Positions 49,657 through 59,074 of a stretch of 64,000 bases of DNA are shown here, piece by piece. The stretch comes from Patescibacteria group bacterium (GTDB lineage Bacteria > Patescibacteriota > Patescibacteriia > UBA9570), in assembly GCA_024277435.1 (NCBI GenBank), contig JAJRVJ010000028.1, positions 14,114 through 78,113 on the forward strand. Direction: 5' to 3'. The position numbers were made by a program, and so were the translations under genes. How positions within the stretch are numbered: position 1 is the stretch's first letter; each line of letters begins with the position of its first letter. The notes under the pieces were generated by a model that was not told the DNA's origin, ran no database searches, and saw only the letters and a program-made list of their open reading frames with translations.

Positions 49657-49729
49657 TGTCCTGGGTAGGAGTTGAACCTACGACCTCTCGGACCGCAACC
49701 GAACGCTCTATCCACTGAGCTACCAGGAC
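49657..49729 (-). tRNA. tRNA-Arg (anticodon read as GCG)
   Basis: Hand-folded cloverleaf: acceptor GTCCTGG/CCAGGAC, D-arm GCTC-AGTGGATA-GAGC, anticodon stem TTCGG/CCGAG with loop TTGCGGT, T-arm GTAGG-TTCAACT-CCTAC. 73 nt, no encoded CCA. Confidence 0.7.
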
Positions 49730-49779
49730 TGATAATTATGCTCGTTGAATTATACAGGAACGTAATAGATCGTCAATCC

Positions 49780-50292
49780 CTAAACACGTAACAAACGAGA
49801 TAATGCCTCTTCGGTAGCTTCATCTTCTCGCTCTAAATCTTCGTACAAATAATCTAATAGAATACGGCGTATTTGAACAGGATTTTGATCCTCTAGATGA
49901 ATAGGAATTTCTTTTCGTAATGATCCTTGCACCCCAAAATAGAGCAATTTAACAGCTGGTGGTTCATACACAACCCAAAAAGAAGAGAGCTCTTTGTAGG
50001 AATAAAATTTATCACCTAGTGCAATGCCGGTTTCCATAATAAGGAAATCAATCATATCTGGATGTCGCCGTTCATGAATGAATAGAATTGATCCAATCAG
50101 CAGAATAATAATAGCAAACAGGAAATTTGCCGTAAGTAGTGCGTGAACTAAGAAAAATGCTCCAAAACCAATAGTGGAAATATACCACGCAAAAGAGCGC
50201 TCATACTTAATGTATTCTGGAATTTGCCATTCGGCAAGAATTCGTCCGTACTTTGTTAAATCACCTGTGGCCATATAGTGTACATTATACAA
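49780..50292 (-). CDS. Hypothetical two-transmembrane membrane protein (170 aa)
   Basis: ORF with two central hydrophobic helices; no recognised family. Confidence 0.5.
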   Translation of the reverse strand: MYNVHYMATGDLTKYGRILAEWQIPEYIKYERSFAWYISTIGFGAFFLVHALLTANFLFAIIILLIGSILFIHERRHPDMIDFLIMETGIALGDKFYSYKELSSFWVVYEPPAVKLLYFGVQGSLRKEIPIHLEDQNPVQIRRILLDYLYEDLEREDEATEEALSRLLRV

Positions 50293-50376
50293 TATTTGTA
50301 CGAGATAGTAAACTTTCTGGGCTTGCCATTATTAGTTGATTTCATTATACTAATCAGGCTTGTTTTAATACATTAT

Positions 50377-50467
50377 GGAGAGGTGGCTGAGTGGTTGAAA
50401 GCGGCAGATTGCTAATCTGTTATACGGGTTTTTTCCCGTATCGAGGGTTCAAATCCCTTCCTCTCCT
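50377..50467 (+). tRNA. tRNA-Ser (anticodon GCT)
   Basis: Acceptor GGAGAGG/CCTCTCC, anticodon stem GCAGA/TCTGT with loop TTGCTAA, long variable arm TACGGG-TTTTTT-CCCGTA, T-loop GTTCAAATCC. Confidence 0.75.
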
Positions 50468-50540
50468 CCCGTGCACTATATATGACGGAACTTCTTACTT
50501 AATGAGTAGGTAAGTAGTTGTTAGGTAGCAGAATACATCC

Positions 50541-50627
50541 GGAGAGATGGCAGAGCGGTTGAATGCATTAGTCTTGAAAACTAAAGTGCCCTAACGGGTA
50601 CCGGGGGTTCAAATCCCCCTCTCTCCT
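50541..50627 (+). tRNA. tRNA-Ser (anticodon TGA)
   Basis: Acceptor GGAGAGA/TCTCTCC, anticodon stem TTAGT/ACTAA with loop CTTGAAA, long variable arm, T-arm GGGGG-TTCAAAT-CCCCC. Confidence 0.75.
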
Positions 50628-50631
50628 CATA

Positions 50632-50668
50632 AAAGCAAACACACCTCTCGTGGGTGTGTTTGCTTTTT
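50632..50668. terminator. Strong hairpin terminator (bidirectional) between tRNA-Ser and the integrase 3' end
   Basis: AAAGCAAACACACC-TCTCGT-GGGTGTGTTTGCTTTTT. Confidence 0.6.
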
Positions 50669-50670
50669 AA

Positions 50671-51520
50671 TCATAACGGACTTTTAATGTTTTTCAGACT
50701 GGGATTTGTTACTTTAGTGTATATTTGAGTTGTTCTAATGTTCGCGTGCCCAAGCAATTCTTGTACATAGCGCACATCTGTTCCATTTTCTAATAAATGC
50801 GTTGCGAACGAGTGTCGTAGAGAATGAAAAGTTGCTGGTTTTTTGATTTCTGTTTTTGATAAGCTTTTACGAAACATTTTTTGAAGAGAAGTGGTTGTGA
50901 TTTTTCCTCCGCGGTTTGATGCAAAAACATAATCATCTGCATTTTTTCCAGCGACTATATTTCTCAAATCGTTTTGCAACTTTTCTGGTAATACACTAAT
51001 TCTATCTTTCTTACCCTTCCCCCCCTTTTATATGTACAACAAGCTCATCAATACCTAAATCTGCAACGTGTAGTGCAACCACTTCACTCACTCTTAGGCC
51101 ACAAGCATAACCAAGAGAAATCATCAGCTTATATTTTGCGTTATCAGTAGCGTTAATGATTTTTTCAATCTCTACTTTCGATAATACTATTGGTAATTTC
51201 TTATCTCTCTTTGCCAATTTCAAATTAATCTTTTGTGGATCTTTCAAGACTTCCGCATACAAAAACTTTACCGCATTAAGTGCTAGATTGATGGTTTGTG
51301 GAGATTGTTTTCGTTTGTGTTTATCAAGTAAAAACTCTTCTATAGCTTTTTGCTTGTTTATTATTTCGTTCTCCTTTGAAAATGTGATGTAATCTTTAAT
51401 GTATCCTAAATAGACTCTTTGTGTTTTAGGAGAATAGTTTCTTAAACGTAATATTCGTTCTGTTTTATCTAAAACACTCTTCATATTTTGGATTGTAACA
51501 AGAGTTTGTATAACATACAA
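50671..51520 (-). pseudogene. Tyrosine recombinase/phage-type integrase with a +1 frameshift in a G7 homopolymer (51019-51025)
   Basis: N-terminal SAM-like domain ORF (51011-51520, ends ...VHIKGGEG*) and C-terminal catalytic ORF (50671-50979, [39 protein letters not shown] with R..H..R..Y). Removing one G restores ...[23 protein letters not shown]..., the canonical integrase box. Confidence 0.8.
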
Positions 51521-51566
51521 ATATTTGATATTATTAAGTTAATAAATTTAGATAAACACTAGTTAC

Positions 51567-51719
51567 TCGCAATCGCTACGCTCCTTGCGCACAACGGCTC
51601 CGGGCTTCGCCCGTGTCATCCGTAGTCGCTACGCGACTCCGTACAACACGGGTTATACGCCATTTTACTTCACCGACTTCGTCGGTTTCGTAAAACATCG
51701 TATAACCCGGAGCCATTAT
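51567..51719. repeat. 153-nt structured repeat element (MITE-like), copy 2
   Basis: Near-identical to 2467-2619. It lies 46 nt upstream of the integrase start, in an intergenic region. Confidence 0.85.
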
Positions 51720-51897
51720 ATGACCTACATTTAGGATGATAGAACGATAAATTTATAATAATGCAACTATGAAAATAAGAAATATTATAACAGTATCGGT
51801 AGCAATTCTGTTATTTATTACAGCAATTTTACACAAAGAACAATTAGATTTAAACTAGCCCTCAGCCTATACAGGAAGTATATATATTCCAATAGAA

Positions 51898-52083
51898 ATG
51901 GTGCTGGCAATAGTAACCATAATTATGCTGTGCATAGGTATGGTTTTTTTAATTGTCTATCTTTTAAAAAAGGATTGGAAAAAATTGCTATATACAGTAA
52001 TTGTAGTATTTATATCAGTAGTAGTATTTGTATTGTCAGTACAAATTGATGCTCCAACATATACTATACATGACATAATGTGA
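51898..52083 (+). CDS. Small hydrophobic protein (61 aa, two transmembrane segments)
   Basis: Short ORF consisting almost entirely of two hydrophobic helices. A 28-aa hydrophobic ORF also lies at 51768-51854. Weak evidence. Confidence 0.3.
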   Translation: MVLAIVTIIMLCIGMVFLIVYLLKKDWKKLLYTVIVVFISVVVFVLSVQIDAPTYTIHDIM

Positions 52084-52171
52084 AGAGCCTTATATTAGTT
52101 AAATATAAGGGATGGGTATATACTTAAATGAGGTAGTAACTTTACAAGTAAAGTATTAAATACCCAAAATT

Positions 52172-52867
52172 ATGGAAAAAGAAAATATCCTATTAGAAAA
52201 GCAGCAGCATGCAATGCATGAAACTAAGGATTGGATTTATGCGCTTAAGCTTGCTTTTGGTATTTTTATTATCGTAGTGTATTACCATTACATGCGAAGA
52301 GGGGTATTCTTACCATTTTTTTCAGAAAACACCGTTAGCTTTTTAGATATGGCTAATAAAGGATTTGCTATTACAGCAGTTTTTATGATTACCATTTCCA
52401 TCCTCATTGGTCCATTAGCTCAGTTTCTTCCTTCTTGTGGTAAGAAAATAGGATATCGCAAAGAAATAGGTATTGTGGGTGTTTTTTCAGCTATTATTCA
52501 TTTAATTATATCGTTGTTATTTTTACCTTGGAAGTATGATGTTGCTTGGTACCAAGATCATCGAGCTTCAATTATTTGGGCGATTTTATCAATTATTGTT
52601 TTAATTGTAATAACAGTTACTTCTACTAAATATCACTTGGTTACTTTTGGATATAAAAAGTGGAAAAGAATACAAAGATTAGTATATCTTGGTTTACTGT
52701 TTGCTATTTTGCATATCATGGTATTAGGCAAGATTGCTGGATGGAAAAAATGGTTCGCCGATCCCTCCGTTACTTATTATTTACCCCCAGGAACTTTAGT
52801 AACTATTAGTTTTGTTGCTTTAGCATTATTAGTTCGATTCATTGTGCTATTTAAAAATAAAAAGTAA
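52172..52867 (+). CDS. Polytopic membrane protein, possibly ferric-reductase-like transmembrane (MsrQ/YedZ-like) heme-binding domain
   Basis: About six transmembrane helices with conserved His in the helices (AIIHLIISLLF, AILHIMVLGK), as in PF01794. Confidence 0.4.
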   Translation: MEKENILLEKQQHAMHETKDWIYALKLAFGIFIIVVYYHYMRRGVFLPFFSENTVSFLDMANKGFAITAVFMITISILIGPLAQFLPSCGKKIGYRKEIGIVGVFSAIIHLIISLLFLPWKYDVAWYQDHRASIIWAILSIIVLIVITVTSTKYHLVTFGYKKWKRIQRLVYLGLLFAILHIMVLGKIAGWKKWFADPSVTYYLPPGTLVTISFVALALLVRFIVLFKNKK

Positions 52868-52896
52868 TCAGTAACAAACTTACCACAAGTGAGCGC

Positions 52897-53556
52897 TTAA
52901 TCTAAGGCAATAACAGCGGCATCAACATTATTGCAGCCAGCTATTCGTAATATACGAGCGCAGTGTTGCAGGGTAGAGCCAGTGGTGCACACATCATCAA
53001 TAAGTAGTACATTAGCTTCTGGCAGTAGGGAGTCGTTCGTATCACGTAACTGAATGGCTCGTATAATATTTGTTAAACGTTCAGCTCTACCCAGTTCGGC
53101 TTGCGGCTTAGTATATAGCATTCTTTTAAGCGGTTGATATAGTTGTATGGGTAGCTGCTGTGCAATAATTTCACTTTGATTAAAGCCACGTTCGCGCTTA
53201 CGTTTATTATGTAGCGGCACCGGAATGACGTAATTATAAGAGTCTAGATAAAAAGATTCAGCTAGTAGTATCCCAAATATGTTTCCTATATGCGATATAG
53301 AATCATATTTCATTGTACGAATACTTTCCTGTAATACTGGATGCTCATAGCGCGCAAGATAGTGTAATGTGGTAATATCTTCTGCGATAACACCTGGCAT
53401 ACTACTCGGCGGAACAGATTGTGGTGAAATGATCTTGAATGAACAGCTGGTACACAGCCAAATATCCCATGTCCCACAACCAATGCAGCGAATAGGGAAG
53501 ATGGTATTAAGAAAAGATTGTAACATAAAAGCGCACCCAACCACGGGTGCGCTCAA
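52897..53556 (-). CDS. comF: ComF family protein (phosphoribosyltransferase domain, ComFC-like)
   Basis: N-terminal Cys4 cluster (CIGCGTWDIWLCTSCS) and C-terminal PRTase motif LLIDDVCTTGSTL. Confidence 0.8.
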   Translation of the reverse strand: MSAPVVGCAFMLQSFLNTIFPIRCIGCGTWDIWLCTSCSFKIISPQSVPPSSMPGVIAEDITTLHYLARYEHPVLQESIRTMKYDSISHIGNIFGILLAESFYLDSYNYVIPVPLHNKRKRERGFNQSEIIAQQLPIQLYQPLKRMLYTKPQAELGRAERLTNIIRAIQLRDTNDSLLPEANVLLIDDVCTTGSTLQHCARILRIAGCNNVDAAVIALD

Positions 53557-53574
53557 TACAAAAACTATACAGTG

Positions 53575-56091
53575 TTATTTACGTTTTGTAAAGGTTATTT
53601 CTTTATTTTTATAACCTATCGATATTTTATCTCCGGTGAGAAACTCATCGCTGAGTATTTTTTCTGCTAGTGGATTTTCAATTGCGTCTTGAATAGCACG
53701 TTGTAGTGCGCGGGCACCTTCATCTGGCGTGTAGCCAATTTTAGCAATATGCTTTTTCAGCGCTTTAGTAGCGTTTAATGTAATTCCGCGTTCCTTTGCA
53801 CGTTCATAAAGATCTTGCAGACGTAGATCAACGATAGCTAAGATATCATCTTCAAGGAGTGGTTTAAATACTACTAACTTATCAATGCGATTTAAGAATT
53901 CTGGACGAAATTGTTCACGTAATTCTTTTAATACATCATCTTTTACAGTTTCATAATCTGGAGCGCTATCACGTGTATCGTCATGAGCAAACCCAAGTTT
54001 AGCTTGATCGCGGAATTGTTTTAGCCCAACATTAGATGTCATGATAATGATGGTATTCTTGAAGTTTATTTTCTTACCAGTAGAATCTGTAAGATGACCT
54101 TCGTCAAGAATTTGCAGCAGAAGGTTAAATACATCGCGATGAGCCTTTTCAATTTCATCAAACAATACAATTGAATACGGTCGATGTTTTACTTGGTCGG
54201 TGAGCTTAGCGCCTTCTTTGTATCCAACATAGCCGGCAGGGGCACCAATAAGTTTTGAAGTAGTAAAGCCTTCAGAAAATTCTGACATATCAATGCGAAT
54301 GATATTGTCCTCGCTGCCAAATACTGTACGGGCCAGTGTTTTAGCTAATTCAGTTTTACCAACCCCAGATGGGCCAAGAAAAATGAATGATCCTGTTGGA
54401 CGGTTTTCAACATTTAATCCTGCACGTGAGCGCCGCACTACATCAGCTACTGCTTTCGTAGCTTCCGGCTGGCCGATTACATTTGCGTCAAGGGCCTCTT
54501 GGAGATTAACTAGTCGCTTTTTCTCTGAATCAATAAGTTCTTCAATAGGTATTTTGGTCATGCGTGCTACTACTGCGGCAACATCCTCAGCGGAAATAGT
54601 ACCAAGATGCTTTTGATGCATTTTTGATACCTGCTTAGTAAGGCTTTCTAGCTGTCCTTTTATTTCGCGTTCTTTCTTTTTTAAATCAATGGCTTCTTCA
54701 AACTTTTCATCACGCACCAGTGTAAGTTTTTGAGATTGAATAACACGGAGCTTCTTTTCTAAATCGAACATACTTTGTTCTAGGGGATTGGTAGATTTTC
54801 GTACACGATGGCGAGCAGCCGCTTCATCAATTAAATCAATCGCTTTGTCTGGCAGGAATTTATCTTGATTGTACCGTACAGATAATTTTACCGCTTCCTC
54901 AATTGCGTGATCCGAAATATTCACTCTGTGGAACTGCTCATAGTTCTTACGAATGCCCTTCAATATTTCAATGGCATCTTCAATACTTGGCTCTTCAACA
55001 TGAATAGGTTGAAAGCGTCGCTCTAGAGCAGAATCAGATTCTATATGCTTGCGATATTCTTGCAGAGTAGTAGCACCGATACAGCGGATTTCACCACGCG
55101 CTAAGCCGGGCTTAAGAATATTCGCTGCATCCATAGCGTTGCCACCGGTTCCGCCAGCACCAATTAATGTATGAATCTCATCGATAAATAAAATAATATC
55201 TTTATTCTCTTTCAGTTCATCGGTAATTTGTTTGAAGCGCGCCTCAAATTCACCACGGTACATTGTGCCGGCAACAACCAGGCCAAGATCTAATCGAAAG
55301 ATTTTCTTGTGTAGCAATACATCAGGTACTTTTCCTGTGATAATACGCTTAGCTAAGCCTTCAGCTATCGCTGTTTTACCAACTCCGGGCTCACCAAGTA
55401 GGATAGGATTATTTTTTGTGCGGCGCGATAAAATATGAATGAGTCGTTCTACTTCTTCCTCGCGACCAATGACAGGATCAATATCTTTTTGAATCTTTGT
55501 ATCGGTAAGGTTAGTGCTAAAGAAATCAAGTGCCGGAGTATTTGACGTTGGCTCTTTATCAAAATCTGGCTTCTCAGTAGTGATCACTTCTTCACTGTCT
55601 TCAGATTCATCAGTAAAAATTGATCCTAAATCAGGGAAGCGGGAAGTACTTTTCAACACATTCACAACCTGCTTACGAATATTGTCGCTAGATACATTGT
55701 TAGCTTTAAACACCTTTTGTAATTGCCGATCTGGCATTTCAATAATACTCAGCAAGAGGTGTTCTGTGCCAATATATTTATGTTGATGTTCAAAAGCTAC
55801 AACTGCTGCGTGCTCAAGAACCTGAACAGCTTCTGCGGATAATTGAGGAAGTGCAAAAGATCGTTCGCCTTGAGGCCATTGAATTGAGTGCAAATATTTT
55901 TCTAGTAACTCTGGATGTAATTTGTACTTATGAATAATTTCATTAGCAATGCTACCATTTTGCTTACTGAGACTAATAAGCAAATGGAGGGGGAGTACTT
56001 TAGGGTGCTTTAATTGAATAGACGAGTTAATAGCACGTACTAATGTATGTTTTAAATTTGTTGTAAATTTGTTAAGAATATCTAGAGCCAT
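53575..56091 (-). CDS. clpC: Clp/Hsp100 AAA+ chaperone ATPase (ClpC/ClpB family, two AAA modules)
   Basis: Clp_N repeats at the N-terminus; AAA-1 GEPGVGKTAIAEGLA; AAA-2 LGPSGVGKTELAKTLA; sensor motifs. 838 aa. Confidence 0.9.
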   Translation of the reverse strand: MALDILNKFTTNLKHTLVRAINSSIQLKHPKVLPLHLLISLSKQNGSIANEIIHKYKLHPELLEKYLHSIQWPQGERSFALPQLSAEAVQVLEHAAVVAFEHQHKYIGTEHLLLSIIEMPDRQLQKVFKANNVSSDNIRKQVVNVLKSTSRFPDLGSIFTDESEDSEEVITTEKPDFDKEPTSNTPALDFFSTNLTDTKIQKDIDPVIGREEEVERLIHILSRRTKNNPILLGEPGVGKTAIAEGLAKRIITGKVPDVLLHKKIFRLDLGLVVAGTMYRGEFEARFKQITDELKENKDIILFIDEIHTLIGAGGTGGNAMDAANILKPGLARGEIRCIGATTLQEYRKHIESDSALERRFQPIHVEEPSIEDAIEILKGIRKNYEQFHRVNISDHAIEEAVKLSVRYNQDKFLPDKAIDLIDEAAARHRVRKSTNPLEQSMFDLEKKLRVIQSQKLTLVRDEKFEEAIDLKKKEREIKGQLESLTKQVSKMHQKHLGTISAEDVAAVVARMTKIPIEELIDSEKKRLVNLQEALDANVIGQPEATKAVADVVRRSRAGLNVENRPTGSFIFLGPSGVGKTELAKTLARTVFGSEDNIIRIDMSEFSEGFTTSKLIGAPAGYVGYKEGAKLTDQVKHRPYSIVLFDEIEKAHRDVFNLLLQILDEGHLTDSTGKKINFKNTIIIMTSNVGLKQFRDQAKLGFAHDDTRDSAPDYETVKDDVLKELREQFRPEFLNRIDKLVVFKPLLEDDILAIVDLRLQDLYERAKERGITLNATKALKKHIAKIGYTPDEGARALQRAIQDAIENPLAEKILSDEFLTGDKISIGYKNKEITFTKRK

Positions 56092-56105
56092 AATAGAAAT
56101 GAATA

Positions 56106-56909
56106 TTATTTGATATCGTTATACAATACGTAGTTATAGGTTATAACGAGGATACTACTAATAAGGGCAGCTAGCGGATAACCAACAATTGGAACGAATT
56201 GAATGATGAATGAGATTACAAATAAGTTGATTAATAAAATAGCTTCACGTATGAGTAATCCCCAGAAATGTTTTTTTACCAACCCAATACTTCCAGTAAT
56301 AGCTTGCCACGCATTAGTATCCTTATTAAGTAACATATACGGTGAGAACATAAAGAAGAGTGTGAGTAGTGCGATGATAATTGTAGGCATCACATTACTT
56401 AGCGCTTCTGCCCAGGTATTTACCAATGAAATATCGAAGAGACCAATAACCAGAATTGCAACAAAAATGGCAATGTAGGTAAGTATGGTTAATAGTAAAT
56501 AAATAGTACCCATTATAATAATCATCCAAACATACTGACCAAGATATTTTATGGCGCTTGGGAAAATAGTACTAATAGTAATGGTTTTATGTTTTACAAG
56601 TACCAACGGAGCAGCGATGAACGCTAAAATATCTACAAATAGTACAGTTATGATAGCTACTAATGCGAATACAAATGTACGATTACCTAGTTTGAATAAC
56701 TGAATAAAATCATCGTATGAGGTAACGGTATTAATATCATTTACAAATAATCCAAGTGATGTCCAAAAGAATATGTATGAAATAACCATTGGTACTGCTA
56801 TAGCAAATAGCAGTTCGAGAAAATGTTTTTCTAGCAAGGTAAGTGTTGCCCGGATTAAATCGCTAAATGATAGCATTTGCGAATGATTTTTGTTGGTTTG
56901 TGCTGTCAT
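56106..56909 (-). CDS. Hypothetical polytopic membrane protein (267 aa)
   Basis: Six or more hydrophobic helices; no motif recognised. Confidence 0.55.
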   Translation of the reverse strand: MTAQTNKNHSQMLSFSDLIRATLTLLEKHFLELLFAIAVPMVISYIFFWTSLGLFVNDINTVTSYDDFIQLFKLGNRTFVFALVAIITVLFVDILAFIAAPLVLVKHKTITISTIFPSAIKYLGQYVWMIIIMGTIYLLLTILTYIAIFVAILVIGLFDISLVNTWAEALSNVMPTIIIALLTLFFMFSPYMLLNKDTNAWQAITGSIGLVKKHFWGLLIREAILLINLFVISFIIQFVPIVGYPLAALISSILVITYNYVLYNDIK

Positions 56910-56920
56910 AAGTTATGGTA

Positions 56921-57814
56921 TTAAGCAATAGATCGTAACGCCGCGATGCGTTCTGCAGCTGGCGGATGGGTTGAAAATAGATTGCGCCATTTTCGTTGTT
57001 TCCCAAACGGATTAGAGATAAATAAATGTGCAGTGGCAGAGTTGGCTCGCTTCATTGGAGCAGCGTACATATTGATTTTTTCCAAAGCTCTGGCTAGTCC
57101 TTCCGGATAGCGGGTGAGGAGCACTCCAGATGCATCTGCTAGGTACTCACGTTTACGAGATACTGCAAATTGAATGAGCTTAGAGATGATTGGTGAAAAG
57201 ATAATAAGTACAATACCTATTATAGCCAATATGAGGCCTACATTACCAGCTCGTGAACTACGGTTATTATTTCCAAAGAAACTAAAGCGAAGAAACCAAT
57301 TTGCTAGCAGGCTCACAATGCCAACACAGATAATCACAATCGTCATAACTCGAATGTCATAGTTTTGAATATGTGATAACTCGTGTGCGGCCACACCTTC
57401 TAATTCTTCATTTTCAAGCACTTGTAATAGGCCGGTAGTAAATGCTACTGAAGCGTGTTCAGGATCACGACCGGTAGCAAAGGCATTTGGTACAGAATCT
57501 TCAATAATATATACCTTTGGCATTGGCATGCCGGCAGTAATCGTAAGATTTTCAATGATACGATACAGTTGCGGATTATCTTCCTTAGCAATCGGACCGC
57601 GAGCACCTGAAGTGAGGAGTGCAACTTTATCACCACCGTAATAGCTAAATAGCGACATGCCTGTTGCAATACCTACAGCGAGCACAAGTGCGCCTGGTCC
57701 TGCATCAGAGAGGTAGGCGAAGGCAGCTCCGATGAACAAGATAATAATCATGAAGCCAATGATGAGTAGAACTGACCTCCGCTTATTTGAACGAATATGC
57801 TGGTATGCGGTCAT
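56921..57814 (-). CDS. htpX: Zn-dependent membrane protease HtpX (M48 family)
   Basis: HEXXH zinc motif in GVAAHELSHIQNYD; N-terminal transmembrane helices. Adjacent to lemA, a common pairing. Confidence 0.9.
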   Translation of the reverse strand: MTAYQHIRSNKRRSVLLIIGFMIIILFIGAAFAYLSDAGPGALVLAVGIATGMSLFSYYGGDKVALLTSGARGPIAKEDNPQLYRIIENLTITAGMPMPKVYIIEDSVPNAFATGRDPEHASVAFTTGLLQVLENEELEGVAAHELSHIQNYDIRVMTIVIICVGIVSLLANWFLRFSFFGNNNRSSRAGNVGLILAIIGIVLIIFSPIISKLIQFAVSRKREYLADASGVLLTRYPEGLARALEKINMYAAPMKRANSATAHLFISNPFGKQRKWRNLFSTHPPAAERIAALRSIA

Positions 57815-58389
57815 TAAAACTTCACTTCAACGTTTTCACGTTCTTTCGGATCTTCTACTTCAAAGAATTCACGCGCTTTAAAGCCAAGCATTCCAGCAAT
57901 AATACTATTTGGAAACATTTGTATTTTTGTATTGAAGTCTCGTACTACGCCATTGTAGAAGCGACGAGCAGCTTGAATTTTATTTTCAGTATCAGATAAT
58001 TCATCCATTAATTGCATCATTGGCTGATTACCTTTTAAGTCTGGATAATTTTCAAATGCAATTCGTAAGTTACCTAATAATCCACCCAATGCGTTTTCGG
58101 CTTTAGCTAGGCCGGATTGATCTCCAGCGTCTTGAGCCGCCATTGCCTGTGATCGTGTTTTGGTAATGTTTTCAAGTAAGTCTTTTTCATGTGTGAGGTA
58201 TCCTTTGGCGGTATTTACCAAATTTGGAATTAAGTCATGACGACGTTTTAGCTGAACGTCAATATCAGACCAACCTTCTTCAACTTGATTTTTTAAACGG
58301 ATTAATCCGTTATAAAGAACAACTGCCCATAATGCAGCTAATATAACTAAGCCGCCGGCTATGAGCAAAACGATAAGTGCAATTCCCAT
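57814..58389 (-). CDS. lemA: LemA family protein
   Basis: N-terminal transmembrane segment plus the conserved LemA region (VLYNGLIRLKNQVEEGWSDIDVQLKRRHDLIPNLV). Confidence 0.85.
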   Translation of the reverse strand: MGIALIVLLIAGGLVILAALWAVVLYNGLIRLKNQVEEGWSDIDVQLKRRHDLIPNLVNTAKGYLTHEKDLLENITKTRSQAMAAQDAGDQSGLAKAENALGGLLGNLRIAFENYPDLKGNQPMMQLMDELSDTENKIQAARRFYNGVVRDFNTKIQMFPNSIIAGMLGFKAREFFEVEDPKERENVEVKF

Positions 58390-58429
58390 AAGTGTTTCTA
58401 TAAATATTAATTAACTCGAATTGATTATA

Positions 58430-58987
58430 TTATTCAACGAGATCTGTAATTTCTTCAGGAGCAGCTGTGATTCGTTGCACGGTTGTAATAAATTTACGAT
58501 CGGCTGTAAGAATATCTTCTCGTGTATACGCTGTAATAATATCACCGGTAACTATATCTTCTCGTGCAAGTGTCGTGCTAAGTAGATCGCGCTTGCCATT
58601 CTCTATAATAACCTGATTTTCTTGGTAGATAGTTTCTTGCTGCAAATCAAACTGTACTATATGTGAATCGTTAATCGTTTTTTTAGGGTTTTCAAGTGTA
58701 ATTGAGCTGGCATCAATTGAACGAACATACCCGGTGAATGAATGAACAGCATTTTCTGAGTTGGGTGCATATTCGGAAGCGCTATCATTGGTAGGTGTAG
58801 CGGGTTCATTGATTTGTTGTTCAAACACATCGTTGGCTATATTGGGTTGCTCGTACACATACTCTCGATCAGGCACTTTTTGCATCCCAATCCACCTACC
58901 AAGTACATAGGCAAAGATGCCTACAGTACAAATTGTAATTATCGTAAATGTCCAATATGTTGCTGACACTTTTGAACCTGACATCAT
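58430..58987 (-). CDS. Hypothetical membrane-anchored protein (185 aa)
   Basis: N-terminal transmembrane segment; no motif recognised. Confidence 0.5.
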   Translation of the reverse strand: MMSGSKVSATYWTFTIITICTVGIFAYVLGRWIGMQKVPDREYVYEQPNIANDVFEQQINEPATPTNDSASEYAPNSENAVHSFTGYVRSIDASSITLENPKKTINDSHIVQFDLQQETIYQENQVIIENGKRDLLSTTLAREDIVTGDIITAYTREDILTADRKFITTVQRITAAPEEITDLVE

Positions 58988-59074
58988 TGATATTATAGTG
59001 AATTTTACCCCTAATTGTCAATTAATATCATCATTAACGCTTTTGTGCGATTTATGGTATAATTTGAAGGTCAC

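Noticed and set aside
51720-51897. 28-aa ORF at 51768-51854 (MKIRNIITVSVAILLFITAILHKEQLDLN)
   Set aside because: It is too short and lacks an RBS, so it is not called as a feature. It is mentioned only as a possible small hydrophobic peptide in the integrase-proximal islet.
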